A stretch of 25,183 nucleotides of DNA from Promethearchaeota archaeon (GTDB taxonomy: Archaea > Asgardarchaeota > Lokiarchaeia > Sigyniarchaeales > SOKP01): the NCBI GenBank assembly GCA_019057865.1, contig JAHLWP010000047.1, positions 1 through 25,183 on the forward strand, read 5' to 3'. The position numbers were made by a program, and so were the translations under genes. Under the pieces are notes generated by a model. The model had not been told where the DNA came from. It was given only the letters and a program-made list of their open reading frames with translations, and did not search any database. The stretch's first letter is position 1, and the number at the start of each line of letters is the position of its first letter. Below, in pieces: positions 6,981-16,278 of the stretch.

Positions 6981-9680
6981 TTGAAAGATTTTAATGAAAT
7001 TATGAAAATAAATAATGGTCTAAAATTTTATAAGAGTGATTTACATATCCATTATCCTATAAAAATTAAGAATGAAAGTGAATGTTATGCAGAAGAAACC
7101 ACCATAAATGATGTCATTGATAAATTGATAAAAAATAATTATGAATTAATAGTTATGGGACATCATAATTCCATAAAAGCTATTTTTGAAATTAAAAACT
7201 ATATTGAAGCAAATAAAGATCTATCCATCGTTATATTGCCTTCTATCGAATTAAATTTAAAGGAAAATTTTCACCTTGTTATAATTTTTCCAGAAAAGTA
7301 TAATGAAGATCAAATAAGAGATATTTTAGTGAATTTTGGATTAAAATCTCCACCAAACAGAGATTATTATGAAGAAGAGACATTAAACTATTTTGAAAAT
7401 ACAAAATCGGTCACAGAAAAAGATATGTGGTATATTCTTGAAGAATGTAAAAAGAATAAGATAATTGTATTAGCACCCCATATCATGAGTGAAGATAATG
7501 GTTTTTTTAAACGAATAATTGATAGAGATCGAAATAAGATTATCAGAGAAGATCTTCTCACAATTTTAGAATGTAATCAAATTCCAACTTATTATAAGAC
7601 AAGTAAAAAAGAATTAGGAAAAAAAATTGCTCAGATAAGTTGTTCTGATGCTCATAATTTATCTCAAATCGGAAATGCATCTACATGGATAAAAATGGAT
7701 ATTCCAAGGTTTAAAAGCTTACAACAAATTATATATGAACCAAAAATACGAATTTCACTTGAGGAACCCGTATCAGAAATAAAATTTAAGATTATTGGAA
7801 TAACGATTGATGGTGGAAAGTTAAAAAATTTAAAAGTACATTTTAATGAAAATTATAACTCTATTATTGGAGGAACTGGTTCTGGTAAATCTGCTATTCT
7901 TGATGTTTTTAAATATATCTTTAATAACTTTGGTTATAATAACAAATTTAAAAAAATTTCTTTAAAAAGATTATATGATATTCATAAACCCGGTACAAAA
8001 TTCACATTATATTGTCAATGTTTAGGTGATATTTATAAAATTGTTAGAGAAATTCCAACTATTCAAGATTTTAGCAAAAAATTAGAAAAAGATATTGATG
8101 ATCTAATTGAAAATTTGACTCAACATGAGATTTTTAAATTAGTTCTTGATGATTTTCAAAAGATAACAATAGATCTCAACGATATATTTAACCCTGTAAT
8201 ATTTGGACAAAATGAACTTTTAGATTACTCATTTGTACCAGAAAATCTAATTGAGATTTTTAGTGCTAAAGTTAAAAGTGATATATATAATGATTTTAAT
8301 GAGCTTTATAATAATCTAAAAAGCAATATTACTATTTTTGATAAATTGAAAGACTTAAATGATGATAGAGATGATATTGAATTTAAGATAGAAGAAGCTA
8401 ATAAAGATATTGAAAAAAGTGAAATCAAACTTCAAGAAATTAAGGAAAAATTTCCAAAGCTTGAAATTTATAAGAAAGAAAGACAATATTTCAATAAAAT
8501 AAAGAGAAATTTGAAAGATAATTTAATTATTATTGAGAAATTTACTCAAGATCTTACATTAGAACTTGAACTTATTGAATTGACAGAAATAGCGAATAAA
8601 GACCAATTTAAAAAGATTAACAAAAAGCTAGAAAAACTTAGAGAGATTAAAAATGAAATCGATAAAAATATAGAACTTTATAAAAAGATTTATAAAGAAA
8701 TCAAAGAAATTTACAATTCTGAATTGCAAAATATATATAAGACTTATAATAATGAATTTAACGAATATTGTAAAGATAATGAAATACAAGATATAATTGA
8801 AGTTCAACAATATATTACTCAACGTGAAAGTGAACGCAACTTATATATAATGGAAAAAGAAAAAATAGAAAAGGATATTAAAGATTTAGAGCAGAAAAAG
8901 AAAGTTTTTTTAGAAGAGCTTGAAATACTCTATGAAAGATATAATAAACTATTCGAAGATTGGAGAAGACAAGCAGATTTATTTACTTCTAAAATGCAGG
9001 GGGCGACAAAAATAATAATCGAATCAATTACAAATATAGATGAATTCGAATCAATTTTAAAAGAGATGGATTTAAATTCAAATCAAATAAATAAAATTAT
9101 TAAAAAATTTACTCCTAAAGATTTTAACACATTATATGAAAATGATAGAGATATATTTAGAGAAGAATTAACCCAACTTAAATTTAAAGAGAAGACAATT
9201 GATAAGATAAGCGGTAATATTACAGAATTAATCCAATATAGGATTAAATTATGCATTGATAAGCCATCTGTAAAATTTTTCTTAAAGAAGAATTTTAATT
9301 TTTTTCCTATTGATGAGCTATCTACAGGAGAAAGATGTGCTACATTGTTAAATTTTGTCTTTTGTGAAAGTACAGAACCCGTTATAATTGATCAACCAGA
9401 AGATAATATAGATTATAATTATATTAGGGAAACGATTAAAATTCTTAAAGAACAAAAGGTTATAAGACAATTCATAATTGTATCACATAATCAAAATTTA
9501 CCGGTTTTAGCAGATGCTGATTTAATACTAACTATGAATAATATTCAAGATAAAAAGATTGAAATCAGATATCGGGGGAGTCTTGAAAATGAGGATATTC
9601 ATAAATCTATATTAAATCTTGAAGGCGGAAAGGAGGCATTTGAGCTTAGAAGTAAAAAATATCAATTAATTGAGTTTTAG
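6981..9680 (+). CDS. PHP phosphoesterase + coiled-coil ABC-type ATPase fusion (TrlF family / Ppl-like defence protein)
   Basis: PHP motifs DLHIH, HHN, SIE, FHL, APH, SDAH; Walker A GGTGSGKS; Q-loop FGQNE; long coiled coil; signature LSTGER; Walker B IIDQPED; H-loop SHN; terminal LEGGKEAFELR. TTG start, alternative ATG at 7002. Confidence 0.88.
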   Translation: MKDFNEIMKINNGLKFYKSDLHIHYPIKIKNESECYAEETTINDVIDKLIKNNYELIVMGHHNSIKAIFEIKNYIEANKDLSIVILPSIELNLKENFHLVIIFPEKYNEDQIRDILVNFGLKSPPNRDYYEEETLNYFENTKSVTEKDMWYILEECKKNKIIVLAPHIMSEDNGFFKRIIDRDRNKIIREDLLTILECNQIPTYYKTSKKELGKKIAQISCSDAHNLSQIGNASTWIKMDIPRFKSLQQIIYEPKIRISLEEPVSEIKFKIIGITIDGGKLKNLKVHFNENYNSIIGGTGSGKSAILDVFKYIFNNFGYNNKFKKISLKRLYDIHKPGTKFTLYCQCLGDIYKIVREIPTIQDFSKKLEKDIDDLIENLTQHEIFKLVLDDFQKITIDLNDIFNPVIFGQNELLDYSFVPENLIEIFSAKVKSDIYNDFNELYNNLKSNITIFDKLKDLNDDRDDIEFKIEEANKDIEKSEIKLQEIKEKFPKLEIYKKERQYFNKIKRNLKDNLIIIEKFTQDLTLELELIELTEIANKDQFKKINKKLEKLREIKNEIDKNIELYKKIYKEIKEIYNSELQNIYKTYNNEFNEYCKDNEIQDIIEVQQYITQRESERNLYIMEKEKIEKDIKDLEQKKKVFLEELEILYERYNKLFEDWRRQADLFTSKMQGATKIIIESITNIDEFESILKEMDLNSNQINKIIKKFTPKDFNTLYENDRDIFREELTQLKFKEKTIDKISGNITELIQYRIKLCIDKPSVKFFLKKNFNFFPIDELSTGERCATLLNFVFCESTEPVIIDQPEDNIDYNYIRETIKILKEQKVIRQFIIVSHNQNLPVLADADLILTMNNIQDKKIEIRYRGSLENEDIHKSILNLEGGKEAFELRSKKYQLIEF

Positions 9681-9783
9681 AAATATCAGTAGTTAATGAA
9701 AACTTCTTTAAACATTTAATTATAATAGTAGAGATTAATATGATTTATTAGAAATGACATAGAGGGATTAATTTATTTCTTTA

Positions 9784-10722
9784 ATAGACATTCCTTATTA
9801 TAATAATGTAGATGATCTGTGGATTATTACAAGTTATTTTAATCCATACCATTATAAGACGAAATATAATAATTTTAAATTATTTAAAAAAAGTTTAGAT
9901 TGTTCTGGACTCCAATATCTTGTTGTTGAAACAGCTTTTGGAAATACAAGTTTTGAATTGAAGAGGTCTCCACATATCATGCAGATTAGAGGTAAAGATA
10001 TTATGTGACAGAAAGAGAGAATGTTAAATCTAGCTTTAAAAAAAGTTCCATCTTCTTGTAAAAAAGTAGCTTGGCTTGATTGTGATATTCTTTTTAAGAA
10101 CTCAAATTGGACCATTGATGCTTCAAAATTGCTTGATAATTACCCAGTTATACAACTCTTTGAAGATGTGATAAGACTCCCCAAAGATCTATCTGTTAAC
10201 TCTTCTACTACACAATATTGGAAAAGTTTTGCTAATATTTATGTAAGACATCCAAATATTCTATTAATAGGAACATTTACAGAACATGAGCACACTGGTT
10301 TTGCATGGGCTATGAAAAGAGAGATTCTTATTAAATATAAGTTATACGATGCTTGTATTGCAGGAAGTGGAGATCATTTAATGGCACATAGTTTTTGTGG
10401 AGATTGGGATTCTCCTCATGTGTTAAATTTAGTAAGAAGTAGACCACATTTAATTCACTTTCAAAAATGGAGTGAAAAAATCTACCAAGACATAAGAGCT
10501 AGAATGTATTATGTCTCTGGTACAATTCTCCATCTTTGGCATGGTGAAATGGAAAATCGAAATTATTTCACAAGAAATAAAGAATTTAGTTATTTTGAAT
10601 TCGATCCTAAAAGAGATATTAAATTTGGGGCTAATGGTCTTTGGGAATGGAGTTCTTATAAACCAAAACTTCATAATTGGGCAAAAAGTTATTTTAATTT
10701 TCGATAAGAAGATGGAAATTAA
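9784..10722 (+). pseudogene. GT-A-like (DxD) glycosyltransferase-related gene with in-frame stops
   Basis: The frame of ORF 10021..10707 continues upstream through DDLWIITSYFNP…VETAFG…IM*QKERMLN (TGA 10006-10008 where Trp is expected) and downstream through FR*EDGN* (TAA 10705-10707). AWLDCD motif; no ATG at the apparent 5' end (ATA at 9784). Confidence 0.75.
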
Positions 10723-10737
10723 AAATAGGGAATTAAT

Positions 10738-10995
10738 ATGCTAGAAAATAAAATTAAACATGAAAGAGAAAAAATAGAAGAAATAGCAGGCCGAATCGAA
10801 AGATATGCTGATAGATTTGAAAATGCAAACGAAAGTGAAAAAGCTCAACATGCACGAAAGACAGCTGAAAAAATAAGGAGTAGCATATATTTAGATAAAG
10901 CTTTAAAAATTGAAAAAAAATTTGTCTTGAATATCAAGAGAGAACAATTATTAAGAATACAGATAGGAGATATGAAAAAAATGGATGGTTATTAG
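10738..10995 (+). CDS. Small alpha-helical hypothetical protein
   Basis: 85-aa ORF, AGGGA upstream of the ATG, E/K/A-rich helical composition. Confidence 0.55.
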   Translation: MLENKIKHEREKIEEIAGRIERYADRFENANESEKAQHARKTAEKIRSSIYLDKALKIEKKFVLNIKREQLLRIQIGDMKKMDGY

Positions 10996-11411
10996 CACTA
11001 TATTCATGATTCAAGATATGTTTGTTGAATTGTCAGCATATCAAATTAAGACTCTCTGAAAGTATTGACATATATAGCATGCTATAATTAATACCATACA
11101 ACAACTTAAGTTATTATACATTTTTTTCTTAATTGAATTGAAAATATAAGTGTAGATCAGATTAAAAAATAAATTGAGAGTTAGCTTAATCTGAAAATCC
11201 AACCTTCTATGTTTTAATAATTTATTATAATTTAGGGTAAAACCTGAAAGCGATTTTTCCTTGCTTCTTTTTTTTAATAGAAGATCACCTTTTATAATTA
11301 GGTTACAGTTCTAACACGTCCCTTGTCTTTTTTTATAGACTTTCAAAAAAGATTACTTCGTATTAAACTAATTTTAAATATAAAATACGCCATTACATTT
11401 ATGTATAAGAT

Positions 11412-12074
11412 TTGGATTCTTTGTTATTGGGTAAAATGAAAGATAAAGAAACAATAATTAAAAAATTAAAGGATAATAGGAATCTGGTTCTCATTCTTTT
11501 TACTATACTTATCTCAGGATTAACCATTGGAGTTCTTATATCAAAAATAGATAAACCGATAAAAAATACTTATTATATTGCTATGGAAGATGCCTATATT
11601 AAAAATGCTTATCATACTACTCATAATACGACTAGTTTACATATAAAAGATAATTTCCTAATAACTCTTATCAAATTTGATTTTACAGATAAACCTAAAC
11701 ATTGGGAAAAATGCGAAATAAGTTTTTATGTATATTATATTGCTTTAGATATGTTAATTTATTGTTATTTAACTAATTATACTTGGTCAGAGAATATAAC
11801 ATATAATCCTATTTGGTCGCCATTGTTTGGTTATGGTCAGGATTATGTTGAATATGAGGGATATTACAAAATAAAGGTGGATTACAATCTCAATTCTAGC
11901 TCTGGTTTCAAAAGAATTGATATTAGTAAATATATTAAGGATAACAAAACACTTTCATTAGAGATACTTGGCGGACATATTAGCGGTGTAGGGACAACAG
12001 GCGGAGACATAAGAATATATTCTAAAGAAGCTGATGTAAGTATTGAATACAAACCACAATTAATTTGGAGTTAG
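11412..12074 (+). CDS. Membrane-anchored DNRLRE/CBM96-like beta-sandwich protein
   Basis: N-terminal TM helix (LVLILFTILISGLTIGVLI), then EDAYI…LIKFD…WSENITYN…IDIS…YSKEA…PQL. Likely start is the ATG at 11436. Confidence 0.65.
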   Translation: MDSLLLGKMKDKETIIKKLKDNRNLVLILFTILISGLTIGVLISKIDKPIKNTYYIAMEDAYIKNAYHTTHNTTSLHIKDNFLITLIKFDFTDKPKHWEKCEISFYVYYIALDMLIYCYLTNYTWSENITYNPIWSPLFGYGQDYVEYEGYYKIKVDYNLNSSSGFKRIDISKYIKDNKTLSLEILGGHISGVGTTGGDIRIYSKEADVSIEYKPQLIWS

Positions 12075-12104
12075 AAATTCGAAATACACTTAGCGTCTAA
12101 ATTG

Positions 12105-12404
12105 CTATATATTTAAGACTTCATTTATAGTATAAATCTTACCTTCTTGTGCTTGGGCAATAAACTTTATAGCTCTGATCGCACCACTAGCAAAGCACAT
12201 TTTACTATGGGCTTGGTGTTTTAACTCAATTCTTTCTCCTGCTCCGGCATATAAAATAGTATGATCGCCAACAATATCTCCTGCCCTTATGGCGTGGATC
12301 CCAATTTCTTGTCTTGCCCCGATTAATCGTTTATTTGGTCCTTTTTCACGCCCAAATTTAGCGACCGCTTCAAATTGAATTCCAAGAGTCTTAGCAATTT
12401 CCAT
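12105..12404 (-). pseudogene. dapB: 3' fragment of dihydrodipicolinate reductase
   Basis: EIGIHAIRAGDIVGDHTILYAGAGERIELKHQAHSKMCFASGAIRA is the DapB C-terminus. The Rossmann domain and HHxxKxDAPSGTA motif are absent, and an in-frame TAG lies four codons upstream of the ATG. Confidence 0.9.
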
Positions 12405-12685
12405 ATCATCTATCTAGGTTCTTAAATTTTCTTTAAATATGTTCAATGTATTTCATTCTCTATCCTAATATAATTGGTTTAATAAAAAGTGATAGGAACT
12501 ACGAGTTTCATATTCCAAACAGATAATCTCCTCGGTAAAGGTTATATAACCTGATGGTATTTAATTATACCCTCTATGGTTAAATCTTCTTTAATTCTTA
12601 ATAATTAAATCGTCTAATGAAAAAAATACACAATTGATAATAACATTTAATTGAACGCATTTTCATATAGTTAAATAAAAAACGA

Positions 12686-13042
12686 TTGATTTCAATGATA
12701 GAAGAAAAACGAAAATTAACCGATGAACAAGTTAAGGATGTTATAAATAAATTTATTATTAATTTAAAGGATAGTCTCATTGTAAAGAAATGTGATCAAT
12801 TTTACGGTTGGATTCATAGAATAGCGAAAGAATCAGGATACATAAAAGATTTCGATTTTCAGAGATTAAATACATTAACACGTTCAGATATTTTGAAGTG
12901 TGTTGAGCAGATATGGAGTTATGTAATGGAAGGGATATTGGCACCGGGATCATCGAAAGAAATAACAGGAACCACAAATGATATTTATTTCCCATATTTG
13001 CATTTAACCCAAAAAGGTAAGAAAATAGCTGAAGAATGGTAA
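12686..13042 (+). CDS. Small winged-helix-like hypothetical protein
   Basis: C-terminal EQIWSYVMEGILAPG…FPYLHLTQKGKK is a wHTH wing pattern (LTxKG). Likely start is the ATG at 12695. Confidence 0.6.
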   Translation: MISMIEEKRKLTDEQVKDVINKFIINLKDSLIVKKCDQFYGWIHRIAKESGYIKDFDFQRLNTLTRSDILKCVEQIWSYVMEGILAPGSSKEITGTTNDIYFPYLHLTQKGKKIAEEW

Positions 13043-13338
13043 TAGTAATGATATAAAATAATTAAAAGTAAAGATAACATTTATCCGAACTTAAATGAAA
13101 ATCACTAATTTTAATTTAACTCATATATTTCAAATTGAGTCAATAATCGAAAGATTACGTAGTAGATACCTTATACTTTTTATTATAGTCTTAAGAATAT
13201 ATACAATGAAAACAAAAAACCTCTCAGAATTTAGCATTATAAATAAATAGTACTGAGTAACTCCAATTTGGACTGGAATGCTTAAATACTCATAATTACC
13301 TTATTAGTTAATAGATTAGAATAAAAAAGGTTTTTATT

Positions 13339-14115
13339 TTGAAGGAAATTTCTCATAAAACTTTAGCATATATAGTTGGAACATCTGGGACGCAACCATT
13401 ACGCAATAAATCGCTTGAGATTCTAATTGAATCCTCGGTCGAGCCAGATACAATCAATCTTGAACTTATTGCAAATGATATCCTTAATAGTTTAATAGTG
13501 CCTATTGAATGGCTCATAAATCATGGAATAAGAGCTAAGGAACTTGCCGCACGGTCAATTATGGAATCATCAAATGCATATCAGATTAGAGATAATGCTT
13601 GGATCAAGTATTTAGGATGGGTATTCCATTATATTGCGGATTGGGGTACACCTCATCATGCACCTTTCTCGAGGTCAAATCCAATTCCTGCACTAATGGG
13701 AGCGGGACTATTAATTGGAGGATTATTTGGTGGACTTTCCAAAGCAGGGCAAGGGTTAAAAGAAGTATTAAAAGCAATTGCAAAAGGAGTTGCAATTGGA
13801 GGAGGTATTAGCGGAACAGTGGCATTAATTGACCTTGCAATTGAACATAATGAATTTGAGAAGCACTGTGACAGACGCATTAAAGAAAACTTAGATTTAG
13901 TTGTCAACACATTTAAGAAAAACAGAAAATCCTTAAAATTTGAAAATATATTTAATGCTCTACAATTTTTTGAGATAAAAATGGATGAATTACGTCAAGA
14001 TTGTAATAATCTTCCAAAAAATTGGGTTTATAATAGTGATAATAAAGGTTTTGCATCTTATTTAGCTAAAATCGCGGTTATTATGGACATTGCTTCTCAA
14101 ATAGTTATGGGGTAA
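13339..14115 (+). CDS. Zn-dependent phospholipase C / S1-P1 nuclease-fold protein with a glycine-rich hydrophobic insert
   Basis: Metal-ligand motifs SH (N-terminus), EPD, LGWVFHYIAD, TPHH, HNEFE; no signal peptide; Gly/Ala-rich segment between TPHH and HNEFE. Confidence 0.8.
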   Translation: MKEISHKTLAYIVGTSGTQPLRNKSLEILIESSVEPDTINLELIANDILNSLIVPIEWLINHGIRAKELAARSIMESSNAYQIRDNAWIKYLGWVFHYIADWGTPHHAPFSRSNPIPALMGAGLLIGGLFGGLSKAGQGLKEVLKAIAKGVAIGGGISGTVALIDLAIEHNEFEKHCDRRIKENLDLVVNTFKKNRKSLKFENIFNALQFFEIKMDELRQDCNNLPKNWVYNSDNKGFASYLAKIAVIMDIASQIVMG

Positions 14116-14120
14116 TTAAG

Positions 14121-15062
14121 ATGAGTTCTAAGGATAATGAAATTAAGATTTCGAATGCAATCGAAAAATTAGGGGATACTCATAAAAGAATTATCTTACA
14201 GTTTGATCCTTTTTTGGATTCAGGAAGAAGTATTCCAAATCAAGAGATATTGCACAGATTAACTGAGGGTAAAACCTCTATAATTTGCAGGTCATCATTT
14301 TATAGTCTCTTCCCTCAATTAGTCGATTCAGATATTTTAATTAAAGACGAAAAATCTTGTTCATACATAATAACAGGATTGGGGTGGAAAGTATGGGAGA
14401 AGCTGAGAAGTAAACCAAGATCGTATGTTCCAGATGAGATCGAGTCTAAAATAAACGATATTATCTCTAAAATAGGACAACTTAACAGGTTATTAGCTTA
14501 TCCAGAATTATTAAAGAAGTGGTCTGAGAACTTTAGTATTTCTGTTGTAAATTTTTCTGAATTTTTAGTTAAGAACAAAAATACTAAAGCTAATCTAGAG
14601 TATGTTAGTGCCCTCGGATTAATTACATGGAATCATCTCTATCAACCAATATTATTAGCTGATAAGGAATATATGAAATGCACTCAACATCAATTTCCCT
14701 CATTTAAAAATCGAATATATACATTAAGTAAATATTTTGACTGGGAATATTGCATTCTTGACGATAGTAAATGGTTTGTGTGTCAAGATCATTATTTTTG
14801 GAGATCACATTATTATACACTTTACAAATTCGCTATTTCAAATATACCTGGTGATATAATCTTTAATCAAGCAAAAGAAATTGAAGATCAGACAAAAGCC
14901 TTTCTTAGAGAAGGGAATTTAAGTAAGAGAATAAATAATATTGTGTTTAACAAGTTGGTACGGCAAATAAAACATTTAAAAGGGTATTATTGGCCAAAGA
15001 AATATAAAATTAATCTTTCATGGTTATTTCCGCGGTTAGAAGGTATGCTCCTAAAAAGATAA
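14121..15062 (+). CDS. N-terminal winged-helix protein with an uncharacterised C-terminal domain
   Basis: RSSFYSLFPQLVDSDILIK…YIITGLGWKV wHTH pattern; starts after a 5-nt gap from the upstream stop. Confidence 0.65.
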   Translation: MSSKDNEIKISNAIEKLGDTHKRIILQFDPFLDSGRSIPNQEILHRLTEGKTSIICRSSFYSLFPQLVDSDILIKDEKSCSYIITGLGWKVWEKLRSKPRSYVPDEIESKINDIISKIGQLNRLLAYPELLKKWSENFSISVVNFSEFLVKNKNTKANLEYVSALGLITWNHLYQPILLADKEYMKCTQHQFPSFKNRIYTLSKYFDWEYCILDDSKWFVCQDHYFWRSHYYTLYKFAISNIPGDIIFNQAKEIEDQTKAFLREGNLSKRINNIVFNKLVRQIKHLKGYYWPKKYKINLSWLFPRLEGMLLKR

Positions 15063-15359
15063 TCAATTATAAGAATTATTATATATTAGAAATGCTAAAT
15101 TTGCTTTCAGCAACCGAATATCGTAATCGTGCTCATTCAATACTTTTTAGAGAAATTAAGTGTTTATGTTTTTGATACACTCAGTTCTTATAATATTCTA
15201 AATAGAGAAAATTTTAATTTGGTTAGAATCAATACAGTATAATAGTTCTTCTAGATTAATAAATCTCAAATTTTCTGGATATCGACTATAATCTAAATAA
15301 TTAGCTTTTGTATCATTAAAAGGTGCAACTATTTCTGAGTATTGTATTAACTTTTTTTT
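15063..15359 (-). pseudogene. Degraded coding remnant (possibly HEPN-like)
   Basis: One minus-strand frame reads KKKLIQYSEIVAPFNDTKANYLDYSRYPENLRFINLEELL… with three later internal stops and no start. Confidence 0.25.
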
Positions 15360-15709
15360 ACCTTATTTAAATCTTCACATTTTTCTCCAGATTTCTACAA
15401 TATCTACTAAGAATAGAACCTAGATCAAATTCTTTATTAAAAGAATTGAAAAAAAGCGTGAGCATAAAACAAATTATATTAACAAAAAAATTAGTCCATT
15501 CTACATTTTAGACTTTATAATAAAAAATAAAAAAAAAGCATTAAATTAATAGATTTTTGCGAAGAAAAATAAGTTGAAATTTTAATTTATTTAGAAAATT
15601 ATGCTAAAAAACTAAACATACCTTATCTTAAAGTATATTAATACAACTATGAAAAATAATTAAATGTAAACATGTTGCAAATTTTAGAATATTTTACTTA
15701 GAATTTCAC

Positions 15710-16276
15710 CTAAAGATATCTTTCTTTTAAATTTGATTTTAATTTCGCTATTGTATCTAGTACTTTTGATTTTATTTCATAAAAATCTTCCCGTTCTCTT
15801 AAATTTAGATTTATAGCCCTAATATCTTTATTATTAATTTTATTCCTTAGTATCCTTTCAAATTCCTCACATTTTTGTTTAGAATATGAAAAAATATTAT
15901 ACGTATACCCTCTTTTGATTGATAAAGAATACCTAGAAAAGTAATTATGAAGTTTAGTTAAATCATTATATATTTTCTCCCTATTTGGATTATTAAAACC
16001 ATAATATTTTACTTCTATAAAAATAACAGGTTTGTAATTCAAAAAAATTAAAATATCTGGAATTTTATTTGATGCTTTCAGGTAAAAAGTATTATAGATA
16101 TTCCATCGAGAATCTCTAAAAGCATCAATTTCATTTCTAAGAAAACCAATGAATCTGCATTGAAGATCAAACTCATTTAAAATATTGCAATTAATTATCT
16201 CATTAATTATAAATGATTTTGCCTTTCTTTCGATGATTTCATAAAAATCCTCGACATATAGAGATAATAACCCCAT
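15710..16276 (-). CDS. PD-(D/E)XK restriction-endonuclease-fold protein
   Basis: N-terminal helix NEFDLQ, IPDILIF, IFIEVKY, followed by the DLTKL helix. Starts after a 2-nt gap from the upstream stop, with GAGGA as RBS inside the upstream gene. Confidence 0.75.
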   Translation of the reverse strand: MGLLSLYVEDFYEIIERKAKSFIINEIINCNILNEFDLQCRFIGFLRNEIDAFRDSRWNIYNTFYLKASNKIPDILIFLNYKPVIFIEVKYYGFNNPNREKIYNDLTKLHNYFSRYSLSIKRGYTYNIFSYSKQKCEEFERILRNKINNKDIRAINLNLREREDFYEIKSKVLDTIAKLKSNLKERYL

Positions 16277-16278
16277 GG

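Noticed and set aside
4906-10008. Genome-wide stop-codon reassignment
   Set aside because: Intact genes use TGG for Trp and terminate with TAA, TAG and TGA; the long genes have no internal stops.
11065-11088. Bacterial sigma70 promoter TTGACA…TATAAT
   Set aside because: Spacer is 12 nt rather than about 17, and the context is archaeal.
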